Shown piece after piece: positions 33,924 to 43,083 of a DNA stretch of 64,000 nucleotides. The stretch is from positions 99,373 to 163,372 of the forward strand of contig CAZYGG010000001.1 of NCBI GenBank assembly GCA_964647585.1, written 5' to 3'. The position numbers and the translations under genes were made by a program. The notes below the pieces were generated by a model. The model searched no databases. It had not been told where the DNA came from and was given only the letters and a program-made list of their open reading frames with translations. Each line of letters begins with the position of its first letter. Within the stretch, counting starts at the first letter, position 1. Source of the stretch: an uncultured Desulfobacterales bacterium (GTDB lineage Bacteria; Desulfobacterota; Desulfobacteria; Desulfobacterales; CAJINA01).

Positions 33924-34865
33924 ATGAATACCCCCCTTAAAGTCATCTTCATGGGAACACCGGACTTTGCCGTTCCCACCCTGCAGGCCCTGCACCGGGC
34001 CGGACATGCGATTCCCATGGTGGTCACCCAGCCGGACCGCCCCAAAGGTCGGGGCCGTAAGACCACACCGACACCGGTGAAAGCAGCCGCCCTCAACCTG
34101 GAACTGACCGTTGAACAGCCGATCACCGTTCGTTCGGCAGACTTCGTCACAAAGCTGAAAAGACTGGAACCGGATCTTTTCGTGGTTGTGGCCATGGGGC
34201 AGATATTAAGCCAGGAACTCCTGGACATTCCCCGGATGGGCGCCATCAACGTACACGCGTCCCTGCTGCCGAAATATCGCGGGGCTGCCCCGATCCAGTG
34301 GGCCCTGATCAACGGCGAACAGGAGACCGGGATTACCACGATGCTCATGGACGCCGGCCTTGACACTGGGAACATGCTCCTGTCCGCACGCACGGACATC
34401 ACATCTGAGGACACGGCCCAAACGCTGCATGACCGGTTGCGCACCCTGGGGGCCGACCTGCTTATTGAAACCCTTAACGGTATGATTTCAAATACAATTA
34501 CACCTGTTCAGCAGGATCACGAGCGGGCTTCCCAGGCACCGCTGTTAAAAAAGGGAGATGGGCGCATCGATTGGCAAAAACCGGCTGTGGCCATTGACAC
34601 TTTTATCCGGGGTATGACCCCCTGGCCCGGCGCTTTCAGCTTTATGGGCGATAAACGCCTCAAGATCTTCGCCGCCAGACCGGTGCCCCTGACATCACCC
34701 GCCCCTCCGGGCACCGTTATACGGGGATTTGCCGATGAACTGCGGGTGGCCACCGGCAACCAGGCCCTGACCATCCTTGAACTCCAGGCTGCCTCCGGCA
34801 AACGTCTGCCTGTCCGGGACTACCTGATCGGCAATCCCGTGGCAGAAGGCACTGTACTAAGCTGA
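33924..34865 (+). CDS. fmt: Methionyl-tRNA formyltransferase
   Basis: VIFMGTPDFAVPTL, NVHASLLPKYRGAAPIQWA. Confidence 0.92.
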   Translation: MNTPLKVIFMGTPDFAVPTLQALHRAGHAIPMVVTQPDRPKGRGRKTTPTPVKAAALNLELTVEQPITVRSADFVTKLKRLEPDLFVVVAMGQILSQELLDIPRMGAINVHASLLPKYRGAAPIQWALINGEQETGITTMLMDAGLDTGNMLLSARTDITSEDTAQTLHDRLRTLGADLLIETLNGMISNTITPVQQDHERASQAPLLKKGDGRIDWQKPAVAIDTFIRGMTPWPGAFSFMGDKRLKIFAARPVPLTSPAPPGTVIRGFADELRVATGNQALTILELQAASGKRLPVRDYLIGNPVAEGTVLS

Positions 34866-36226
34866 TGGCCTCTGACGTCAGAAAAGAGGCCCTGGCCATT
34901 CTTTCTGAGCTGGAAAAAGAGCGCCCTCTCACCCTTGACCGCATGCTGGATACCTATCGCACTGCCGACCCGGGTCAGCTCCGCCGTGACAAAGCCTTTC
35001 TGCAGGCCCTCGTCTTCGGCATACTGCGCACGCGCAATCGCCTCGATTGGACTATCCGCCATTTTTCTAAAACCCCTTTCCGAAAAATATCTCCCGATGT
35101 GAAAAACATCCTGCGCCTGGGGGTTTACCAGATTCTGTACATGGATCGGGTACCGGATTCTGCGGCGGTCAACACCGCGGTCGAACTGGCCAAAAAGGTG
35201 GCCGCACCCTGGACGGTTAAATTTGTAAATGGCCTCCTGCGCAACATTGCCCGCCACCCGGACGCCGTGACGTTCCCGGATATGGCCAAAAACGTAGTCC
35301 ACGCGCTCTCCGTACGCAAATCCCTGCCGGAGTGGCTCGTGCAGCGGTGGCTGACCAGATTCGGCCAGGACCAGTGTGTACAATTGTGCGACGCGGTGAA
35401 CACGATCCCGCCGCTCAGCCTGCGCACGAACACCCTGAAAACCTCCCGCACGTCGCTGGTGAACACCCTTGACAATGTTGTGGACGCAACCGTCCGGACT
35501 TCCCACACCCCGGAGGGAATTTTACTGTATGGTCTGCATACCGACCTGCAAGCTCTCCCGGGATATGCAGAGGGAAAATTCCAGGTCCAGGACGAGGCCG
35601 CCCAGTTGGTCGCCCACATCCTGGCACCCCGTCCCGGCCTGCGGGTCCTGGATGCCTGTGCCGGTCTGGGCGGCAAAACAGGCCATATCGCCCAACTCCT
35701 TGATAATAAGGGTGAAATTTTTGCCCTGGAGTCGGTTGAGAGTAAACTTGCGGCCCTGGAAAAGGAGATGCGCCGGCTGGGCATTTCCATTGTCACGCCC
35801 GCCCGGCATGATCTGACAAAACCACCGGATCCCGCGGTGTTCGGCACCTTTGACCGGATCCTCCTGGACGCGCCCTGCTCCGGGTTGGGGGTCTTGCGCC
35901 GCAACCCGGATACAAGATGGCACCGCACTACGGCCGACCTTGCGCGTTATGCCGGACGGCAGCAGACGTTCCTGAATCACCTGGCCCCCCTTGTGAAACC
36001 GGGCGGTATTCTGGTATATGCAGTCTGCAGTATGGAACCAGAGGAGAATGAAGCGGTCATACAATCGTTTCTCGCCCGGAATCGATTGTTTGAACCGATC
36101 GCGGTTCCAACGGACTCTATCAGTGACCCGACATCGGTGGTGGCATCTGACAATTGTTTACGGACCCTGCCGCACCGACACAACATGGACGGCTTTTTCG
36201 CGGTGTGCCTCAGGCGTCGGAAGTAA
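34865..36226 (+). CDS. rsmB: 16S rRNA (cytosine967-C5)-methyltransferase
   Basis: NusB-like N-terminus, DACAGLGGKT, DAPCSGLGVLRRNPD, YAVCS. TGATG overlap with the fmt stop. Confidence 0.9.
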   Translation: MASDVRKEALAILSELEKERPLTLDRMLDTYRTADPGQLRRDKAFLQALVFGILRTRNRLDWTIRHFSKTPFRKISPDVKNILRLGVYQILYMDRVPDSAAVNTAVELAKKVAAPWTVKFVNGLLRNIARHPDAVTFPDMAKNVVHALSVRKSLPEWLVQRWLTRFGQDQCVQLCDAVNTIPPLSLRTNTLKTSRTSLVNTLDNVVDATVRTSHTPEGILLYGLHTDLQALPGYAEGKFQVQDEAAQLVAHILAPRPGLRVLDACAGLGGKTGHIAQLLDNKGEIFALESVESKLAALEKEMRRLGISIVTPARHDLTKPPDPAVFGTFDRILLDAPCSGLGVLRRNPDTRWHRTTADLARYAGRQQTFLNHLAPLVKPGGILVYAVCSMEPEENEAVIQSFLARNRLFEPIAVPTDSISDPTSVVASDNCLRTLPHRHNMDGFFAVCLRRRK

Positions 36227-36311
36227 AGATCCTGGCATAGAGGGCCAGGCTTTGGGTTGCCCCTGGAAGGGGCTTGGTTCTTACACCAGCAAGTTGAAAG
36301 TGCCAAAAAAA

Positions 36312-36491
36312 ACGAACATCCAACATTCAACATCGAACGTCCAACATCGAAAAAGGACTGAAGCTTTGCTTCGCTGATTTATAGACCCTACAGGGCTTTA
36401 TAACCACTTGAGACGATTCGTGTTTAACTGGTCGCCGAAGGCGTACCTCAATTCAATGTTCAATGTTGAGTGTTCGATGATGAATGTTCAG
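36312..36491. repeat. Word-repeat hairpin element, family B-like (CATCCAACAT/CATCGAAC words)
   Basis: ACGAACATCCAACATTCAACATCGAACGTCCAACATCGAA faces AATTCAATGTTCAATGTTGAGTGTTCGATGATGAATGTTCAG. Confidence 0.8.
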
Positions 36492-36578
36492 CTTTTTAAA
36501 ACTTTTACCTGCTTATCGGAACAGCCTAATATCTCTGACCTGCCCGTAAAAACCGGGGTTTTTGTGCATCAATACATT

Positions 36579-37574
36579 ATGATTTATAAGATACTGAAAA
36601 TATTGTTTCTTGTATCAATATTCATCGTCGGCGCCGGCGCCAGCGCCTACCTGACACTCACCCTGATCATCAAGGGTGAAGAGACCGTTGTGGTACCTGC
36701 GCTGCAAGAAAAAGAGGTGGTCTACGCCCTTCAGATCCTCAGTGACCTGGGCTTGAACACCCGGATAAAAGCCTCCCGGTACAGTGCCACCGTCCCTGCC
36801 AATCACATCATCGCGCAAGAGCCTGGTCCCGGCGCGGAAATAAAAAAGGGCCGGAATATCAAGCTGGTGATCTCAAAGGGCCAGCTGTCCGTACCCACCC
36901 CGCAAGTGACCGGCCTGTCGCTCAGCCAGGCCCTGATCATCCTTGAGGAAAGCGGGATTTGTCCGGGAACCCGTTCCCATTCAACCCATGTCGATCTGCC
37001 GGCAGGCGCCATCATTGCCCAGTCACCGCCACCCGGCGTGGTCATCAATCGGCAAAACTGCGTGGACCTGTTGATAAGTTCCGGGCCTTACCAGGAAGCG
37101 TTCGCCATGAACGACCTGACCACCCTGCCAGTGGACGACGCCATCCTTAAAATTGAATCCGGGAATCTGAAACTGGGCAATATATCCACGTCTGCAACCC
37201 GGGACGTTCCCCTGAACACGGTCGTTGGCCAGACACCGCCGGCTGGATACCGGGTCGTCCCCGGCCAGGCAGTGCACCTGGATGTCAACCGGGCCCGTCC
37301 AACCAGCGGTCAGTCCGCAGAAGCCGCCCGGCGCAAGGTCTGGTTCTATCGCTACCGAACCGGTACGGGTTTTCTTAACACGCATATAAAAGTCCGGATT
37401 AACAGCAAATTGTTTTCATATACGCTTTTTGATGATTTCATGCCGCCGGATACAGATCTAATTTTTTTAATACCGCGCTTTGAAAATATCACCGTTATGC
37501 TATATGAAGACGGAGCGTTGATAAAAACAATCTTTCCCGGCAGCCACCTGACGGACATTCAAGCATTCAGGTAG
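36579..37574 (+). CDS. Membrane-anchored protein with three PASTA domains (no kinase or PBP domain)
   Basis: MIYKILKILFLVSIFIVGAGASAYLTL TM, then three ~65-aa PASTA-like repeats ending in KLVISKG, DLLISSG and HLDVNR. The 36408 start would translate the repeat arm. Confidence 0.75.
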   Translation: MIYKILKILFLVSIFIVGAGASAYLTLTLIIKGEETVVVPALQEKEVVYALQILSDLGLNTRIKASRYSATVPANHIIAQEPGPGAEIKKGRNIKLVISKGQLSVPTPQVTGLSLSQALIILEESGICPGTRSHSTHVDLPAGAIIAQSPPPGVVINRQNCVDLLISSGPYQEAFAMNDLTTLPVDDAILKIESGNLKLGNISTSATRDVPLNTVVGQTPPAGYRVVPGQAVHLDVNRARPTSGQSAEAARRKVWFYRYRTGTGFLNTHIKVRINSKLFSYTLFDDFMPPDTDLIFLIPRFENITVMLYEDGALIKTIFPGSHLTDIQAFR

Positions 37575-37577
37575 ATA

Positions 37578-37658
37578 GACTGTAGGCATTTAGGCTATAG
37601 GGAAAAACATACCGCCGTTGACTGTGAAACCTAATAGTCTTCAGCCTACAGCCTAAAC
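37578..37658. repeat. Word-repeat hairpin element, family E (CTGTAGGC/TTTAGGC words)
   Basis: GACTGTAGGCATTTAGGCTATAGGG faces CCTAATAGTCTTCAGCCTACAGCCTAAAC. Confidence 0.75.
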
Positions 37659-37684
37659 AACCTGAATATTACAGGAGAAGGTTT

Positions 37685-38341
37685 ATGAAAAAAATTGCCC
37701 CCTCTATTCTTTCAGCTGACTTTGCAAAACTGGGCGACGAAATCCGTGCGGTGGCCGCCGCCGGGGCAGACTGGATTCATGTGGATGTGATGGATGGGCA
37801 CTTTGTGCCCAACATTACCATCGGTCCGCTGGTAGTTGAGGGCATCCGGCCGGTAACAGACCTGCCCCTGGATGTGCACCTGATGATTGAAAACGCGGAT
37901 CGCTATATCCCGGATTTTGCAGCTGCCGGGGCAGACATTATTGCCGTGCAGACCGAGGCCTGTGTCCACTTGCACCGCACCCTGCAGCTCATCCGGCAGC
38001 ACGACTGCAAAGCGGGGGTGGTTTTGAACCCTTCCACACCGATCGATGGCCTGGAGTGGATCCTGCCGGATATCGACCTGGTGGTATTGATGAGCGTCAA
38101 CCCCGGTTTCGGCGGCCAGAAATTCATTCCGGCAACCCTCGAAAAAATCAGCCGGCTGCGTAAAATGATCGATGACCGGGGACTGGCCATCGACATCGAG
38201 GTGGACGGCGGCGTGAACAGTAAAACCATTGCATCCGTAGCCGGTGCCGGGGCCAATGTTTTCGTGGCCGGCTCGGCCATCTTCGGTAGTGAAGATTACG
38301 CAGCTACTATTGCCGAATTCAGGCGTCTGATGGGAGAATAG
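37685..38341 (+). CDS. rpe: Ribulose-phosphate 3-epimerase
   Basis: [41 protein letters not shown]. Confidence 0.92.
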   Translation: MKKIAPSILSADFAKLGDEIRAVAAAGADWIHVDVMDGHFVPNITIGPLVVEGIRPVTDLPLDVHLMIENADRYIPDFAAAGADIIAVQTEACVHLHRTLQLIRQHDCKAGVVLNPSTPIDGLEWILPDIDLVVLMSVNPGFGGQKFIPATLEKISRLRKMIDDRGLAIDIEVDGGVNSKTIASVAGAGANVFVAGSAIFGSEDYAATIAEFRRLMGE

Positions 38342-38362
38342 GTTATCACGAACTTAATACCT

Positions 38363-38482
38363 GTCATTCTGAGGAGTGAAACCAGGCTTCGCTGGAAGCT
38401 ACGCCCGACGGGGAACGAAGAATCCCTTATTATAAATCATGGCCGCGGCATGCGGGATACTCTTCGCTACGCTCAGAGTGAC
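38363..38482. repeat. Inverted pair of GTCAyTCTGAG...CGAAGAnTcCC units
   Basis: GTCATTCTGAGGAGTGAA...CGAAGAATCCC faces GGGATACTCTTCGCTACGCTCAGAGTGAC. Confidence 0.7.
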
Positions 38483-38544
38483 GAGATATAAAAACATATT
38501 AACTGATTTCACAAAAGGTCACACAATACGGGAGCCTGAAACCT

Positions 38545-38982
38545 ATGCAAAAAATACTCGTGATCCACGGACCAAATCTGAATATGCTGGGGACCAGGGA
38601 ACCGGAAGTCTACGGCAGTGAGGGGCTTGACCAGATAAACGCCCGGCTGGAAAAAAAGGCTGCCTCTCTGAATGTTGAACTGGATGTTTTCCAGTCCAAC
38701 CACGAAGGCCAGATTGTGGAAAAAATACAGGCTGCTCCCGGGGAGTGCGCCGCGGTAATTATCAATCCGGCCGCCTTTACCCACACCAGTGTGGCCATCC
38801 GCGACGCCCTGCTGCTGCTCGAGGTGCCAATTATCGAAATCCACCTCTCCAACATCTACAAGCGTGAACCCTTCCGCCATAAATCGCTTGTCACCGACAT
38901 TGCCACCGGACAGATCTGCGGCCTGGGCACCCAGGGATATATTCTGGCTCTGGAGGCGGCGGCCAATCTATTGAAAAGCTGA
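38545..38982 (+). CDS. aroQ: Type II 3-dehydroquinate dehydratase
   Basis: ILVIHGPNLNMLGTREPEVYG, NPAAFTHTSVAIRDA, IEIHLSNI. Confidence 0.92.
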   Translation: MQKILVIHGPNLNMLGTREPEVYGSEGLDQINARLEKKAASLNVELDVFQSNHEGQIVEKIQAAPGECAAVIINPAAFTHTSVAIRDALLLLEVPIIEIHLSNIYKREPFRHKSLVTDIATGQICGLGTQGYILALEAAANLLKS

Positions 38983-39222
38983 ATATCCAACAAGGAATGT
39001 CCAAATGAAACCAGGATCCAAGGGGTCAAGGGGCCGAGGGTTCTAGTGAGCCCCTGCGGGGCTGAAACCTAAGACCACTGGATGCCGGATCAAAGTCCGG
39101 CATGACGGTCTCTTTATTCCAAATAACAGAATAACTCACTTGGATTGGGATTGATTTTCCCTCGAACCCTCGAACCCTTGACCCCTTGAACCCTTGCTTT
39201 GTTGGATATTGGATATTCGATC
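38983..39222. repeat. Composite nested element: family B outer arms, family A inner arms and a conserved GTCATGCCGGA hairpin in the core
   Basis: Outer arms at 38983-39007 and 39197-39222. Inner arms at 39014-39043 and 39159-39193. Core hairpin CTGGATGCCGGATCAAAGTCCGGCATGAC at 39078-39106. Confidence 0.8.
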
Positions 39223-39224
39223 TT

Positions 39225-40571
39225 CTAAAAGAACAAACTCACCCGGCCATACACACTGTCCACCGGCACATGCCAGATGCCGTACTGCGGCACGTAAAAT
39301 CCTCCGTATTCAGTCCCCTCCCCACCATAATGAGTGGTACCGCTGAGGACGACCTGGACGTTCTGCGCCGCGCTCCATTCCATCCGGGGCTGAACCGTGC
39401 CCGATGGGTCGGCCAGGTTATTGATAACTGCCAGGGAGAGGATCACCAGGGGATGAATCTCGTATTGCAGCTGACCTGCCAGATAGTTCCGCCCCAGGGT
39501 AAACAGCTCCCCCCGGGCCAGCCTGTCCAGCATATCCGGGTCTGAAAAAGCCGCTGCATAGTCACTTTTGCCGAGGCCGTTGTGGTAATATTCCAACAGG
39601 CCGTAAACATTTTTACCACCCCACGTCCAGGCGTAATCAAGGTTGGTCACGCATGTCAGAAAATCACTGTCAGCCTCCCGGTCGTCCAAACGGGTCCAGG
39701 TAAGGTCAAATCGCCAAACCGCCCCACCCACGGTCCGAGTGGCGCCAAAACCGGCCACCGTATCAGCGTAGTGCTGCCCGGCCATCAGGTCGATCTCGAA
39801 TAAATTAAAAGCGTGGTGCAGTTTCCCCGCCAAGGAAGCGTATTCACCGCTGACCGCATCGGTTTGCGGATCCCGGCGGGGTACGTAAACCATTTGAATA
39901 TCATCTATTTTCATACCCTGAACCTGCAGTAGAGCCATGTCCGCACCTATTTTATAATCCCGTTCCATATCGGTGGGACGAAACGGATTAAACAGGTCCA
40001 TCGGGTTGAAGACGAGGCCGTTGCCCCAGGTGAGCGCCTGCCGGCCAACCGCCGCCGTGCCCCAGGCCGGCTGGGCGGCGAGGACCAGCCGGTCAAGCCG
40101 GTGATAGGCAATATAATCATCCCCTTCGTCGATGACGCCGGAAAGATTGAAGAAGCTGGTTTGGTCGGAAATGAAGGCCGGGGCAATCAATGCATTGCCC
40201 GCACTGCTGCCTCCGGCTGCTTTAAGAGCGTTATTCTTTTCCAGGGTATCGCCGCCCCGTAAAACCGCTTCGTAGTGCCATTCAAATGAATAGATCTCTC
40301 CGGCCCAGGTCTTGTTTTTCAGCCTGAAATCCGTTTCCCCGTCCAGGTAAGTGCCGGCACCCACCGAACCGTAAATAGACCGGTCATCGACGGACGCAGC
40401 CATCCCGCCCGCGCGCAGGTGGCCGCCCCATTCGGTTGAAATCGTATCTTTTAATTTTTCAGAAGCTTGCGCCACACCGGGAACAAAAGTAACAGATATA
40501 AACAGGCAAAGAAAGATGGCGGCAGACAGGGATGTGGTCGGCTTTTCCAGATTGTATGCGAGATTGGCCAT
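39225..40571 (-). CDS. Outer-membrane beta-barrel protein (family not recognised)
   Basis: Signal peptide (LSAAIFLCLFISVTFVPGVAQA), alternating beta-strand pattern, and C-terminal YGRVSLFF beta-signal ending in Phe. Confidence 0.6.
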   Translation of the reverse strand: MANLAYNLEKPTTSLSAAIFLCLFISVTFVPGVAQASEKLKDTISTEWGGHLRAGGMAASVDDRSIYGSVGAGTYLDGETDFRLKNKTWAGEIYSFEWHYEAVLRGGDTLEKNNALKAAGGSSAGNALIAPAFISDQTSFFNLSGVIDEGDDYIAYHRLDRLVLAAQPAWGTAAVGRQALTWGNGLVFNPMDLFNPFRPTDMERDYKIGADMALLQVQGMKIDDIQMVYVPRRDPQTDAVSGEYASLAGKLHHAFNLFEIDLMAGQHYADTVAGFGATRTVGGAVWRFDLTWTRLDDREADSDFLTCVTNLDYAWTWGGKNVYGLLEYYHNGLGKSDYAAAFSDPDMLDRLARGELFTLGRNYLAGQLQYEIHPLVILSLAVINNLADPSGTVQPRMEWSAAQNVQVVLSGTTHYGGEGTEYGGFYVPQYGIWHVPVDSVYGRVSLFF

Positions 40572-40734
40572 ATCAATTCAGTAAAATACCTTAACCCTGG
40601 CCCAGACCGATTACCCATACTGTTGGCGATAAAGCAAGGCGTGGAATAATTTGCCTGCTATCCCCGCAAATATTACATTCGCGCCAGGGCGGGCTTTAGA
40701 TCAATTCTAACTTTAGGTGACTGCAATCACAAAT

Positions 40735-41418
40735 CTATTTTTTCTCATCACCGGCCACACGCCCATCCCGTATATGGATCAAGCGACGGGCGTATTCCAT
40801 TACCATCTGGTCATGGGTTGAAAATACGAAGGTTACCCCTTTGCGGGTATTCATGGCCAGCATCAGCTCCAGGAGTCCCTGGCCGGTCTTGGAATCCAGG
40901 TTGGCCGTGGGTTCATCGGCCAGGACAATGGAGGGATTCGATACAATTGCCCGCGCCACGGCCACCCGTTGCTGCTGTCCGCCGGAAAGTTCCGCCGGCC
41001 GCCGGTCATATTTGTCTTCCAGACCAACGTCGTCCAGGATCGTCCTGGCCCGGTCACCCCTCTCTTTTGGAGAAACCCCCTGCAGCAGCATGACATATTC
41101 CACATTTTCCACCGCCGAAAGGACCGGGATCAGGTTGTAAGCCTGGAAAACAAACCCGATCTTGTGCAGGCGCAGGTGGGCCAGTTCTGACGCGCTCATA
41201 CGGCTGTAGTCATTCCCGTCAACGGATATGGTGCCGGTGTCCGCCCGATCCAGACTTCCGATGAGGTTCAAGACAGTTGTCTTGCCTGACCCGGAGGGGC
41301 CGGCCAGGGCCACGAACCCCCCCTTATCGATGGAAAGGCTGACTCCCCGCAGGGCCTTGACCGTCACCTCGCCCTGCTGGTAGGTTTTTACAAGGTTTTC
41401 GCAATTTACAATGGCCAT
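40735..41418 (-). CDS. ABC transporter ATP-binding protein (LolD/MacB-type)
   Basis: GPSGSGKTT, LSGGQQQRVAVARA, VLADEPT. Confidence 0.9.
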   Translation of the reverse strand: MAIVNCENLVKTYQQGEVTVKALRGVSLSIDKGGFVALAGPSGSGKTTVLNLIGSLDRADTGTISVDGNDYSRMSASELAHLRLHKIGFVFQAYNLIPVLSAVENVEYVMLLQGVSPKERGDRARTILDDVGLEDKYDRRPAELSGGQQQRVAVARAIVSNPSIVLADEPTANLDSKTGQGLLELMLAMNTRKGVTFVFSTHDQMVMEYARRLIHIRDGRVAGDEKK

Positions 41419-41451
41419 CCCAATAATCTCCGGTATGTATATACTCCAACA

Positions 41452-41546
41452 GTTTTAAGTTTTAGGTGTTAGGTGTTAGGTGTTAAGAAAAACATAAAAT
41501 ATCGTTAGAACAACCACTTAAAACTTAACACCCAACACTTAAAACA
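41452..41546. repeat. Word-repeat hairpin element, family F (GGTGTTA x3 / AGTTTTA words)
   Basis: GTTTTAAGTTTTAGGTGTTAGGTGTTAGGTGTTAAG faces CTTAAAACTTAACACCCAACACTTAAAACAC. Confidence 0.8.
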
Positions 41547-41548
41547 CT

Positions 41549-42775
41549 CTATACGTGCGTCATCGCCTCCACCGGTGTAAAGCGGGCGGCCCGGATAGCC
41601 GGATAGAGGCTGATCAGCATACCCAGCAGGAACACCATCAGGTTGGCGATCACCAGGTCCCTGAAGTTCAGGGCGGGATAGATGATTTTGGCGATCCCGG
41701 CATATTCGGCCCCCGCGGCAAACGCGGACAAGTCGATCCCCGTCCGGCTGAAGATCCACACGGTGACGAAAGCGACCCCGTTACCGATCAGTATCCCGCC
41801 CAGCAGCAGGAAAAATGATTCGGCCAGCACGTCCTTGACGATCCATCCCGGCTGCATACCCAGGGCCTTCAGGACACCGAACTCACGCATGCGTTCATAG
41901 ACGGCCATGAGCATGGTATTGACGATGCCGAATCCCATGGCGATAAACACCACAAGGTACCAGATCCAGCCCCAGCCCTGGATCAGCTCGACGTAGGTTT
42001 TGACCATGGGCAGGATCTCGGGCCAGCCCTCCACGCGAACGTCGCCGTCGATTTCGGCCTGGAGCTTGTCTCTTACCGCATCCAGGTTCGGGGGATCCTC
42101 TTCGGGCAGCACGATGGAATATTCCGATACCCCGGTACCGAGCTTGAGCATTCTGCGGGCGGCGGACTTGGTAACAAAGACAAACTGCTTTTCCGTAGCC
42201 TCCATTTCAGCCCGATAGAGGCCGATAATGCGAAAGGCCAGAGAACCGATCTCCCGCTGGGTGGTCTGGCTCATCAGGACCACCTTGCGTCCCAGTTTTG
42301 TGGCGAATTTGTCTGCCAGGGCCTTGCCGATCAGGATGCCATGGCGGTCGTCTGCCTTTAGATAGCGTCCTTCCCGCACCGCACCGGCAATAAACGAGAC
42401 AGCGGTTTCCCGGTCCGGATCGATGCCGATAACCGTCACACCAGCCGAATGGCGGGCATTGGCCGCCACGGCGGTCACCCGAATCCGGGAACTCCAGTTG
42501 GCGCCATCCGGCAGGTGTTTGGCAAGGACCTTGTCGACCCGGTCCGGATCGAAGATGCTGTTTTCAACCACCGGATCGTTTCGGTAGTCCCGCTGATGGA
42601 TCTGCAGATGACCGGTCAGGTTGGCAACCCCGTTTTTAATCATCTGGTTCACCATGCCCTGCCAGAGCGCACCCAGCACGACCATGCTCCAGACTCCGAT
42701 GGAAACCGCAATGAGAATAATGGTCGTCCTTCGCGGATTTCTCCAGATATTTCGCCAGGATAGTTGGAAGTGCAT
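41549..42775 (-). CDS. ABC transporter permease (FtsX/LolC-E/MacB type)
   Basis: 408 aa. N-terminal TM, a ~220-aa periplasmic domain, and a C-terminal 3-TM FtsX-like module. Confidence 0.85.
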   Translation of the reverse strand: MHFQLSWRNIWRNPRRTTIILIAVSIGVWSMVVLGALWQGMVNQMIKNGVANLTGHLQIHQRDYRNDPVVENSIFDPDRVDKVLAKHLPDGANWSSRIRVTAVAANARHSAGVTVIGIDPDRETAVSFIAGAVREGRYLKADDRHGILIGKALADKFATKLGRKVVLMSQTTQREIGSLAFRIIGLYRAEMEATEKQFVFVTKSAARRMLKLGTGVSEYSIVLPEEDPPNLDAVRDKLQAEIDGDVRVEGWPEILPMVKTYVELIQGWGWIWYLVVFIAMGFGIVNTMLMAVYERMREFGVLKALGMQPGWIVKDVLAESFFLLLGGILIGNGVAFVTVWIFSRTGIDLSAFAAGAEYAGIAKIIYPALNFRDLVIANLMVFLLGMLISLYPAIRAARFTPVEAMTHV

Positions 42776-42786
42776 GGGTAAAGCCT

Positions 42787-43013
42787 GTTTTAAGTTTTAT
42801 GTGTTAAGTGTTAAGAGAACAAAAATCCGAAATCCGAATATCGAATTCCTAAACAAATTATAAATCCAAATGCCTCAATGACCTAAACAAACCCCTTACC
42901 GACAAACCAAAATAACAGATTGTTTGTCCCTTTTGAATTTCTGCCATTCGATATTGTTTGCGGCGTTTGCCTTGAGAACATTCCGAATTTCAAAATTCGG
43001 GCTTCGGATTTTC
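42787..43013. repeat. Compound repeat: family F half-arm plus family G arms
   Basis: GTTTTAAGTTTTATGTGTTAAGTGTTAAG comes first. Then AAAATCCGAAATCCGAATATCGAATTCC faces CATTCCGAATTTCAAAATTCGGGCTTCGGATTTTCC. Confidence 0.75.
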
Positions 43014-43083
43014 CTTACGTCTAAACTCTATCGTAGCAACGGTACCAATAAAGAAATCAATAGTGGATCATCCGCAGTCACCC

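Noticed and set aside
34820-35928. Minus-strand ORFs of 228, 267 and 180 aa opposite rsmB
   Set aside because: They are shadow ORFs opposite a gene with complete RsmB motifs.
36408-36578. N-terminal extension of the PASTA protein from TTG 36408
   Set aside because: The extension translates the repeat arm (NSMFNVECSMMNVQLF). The TM helix begins right after ATG 36579.
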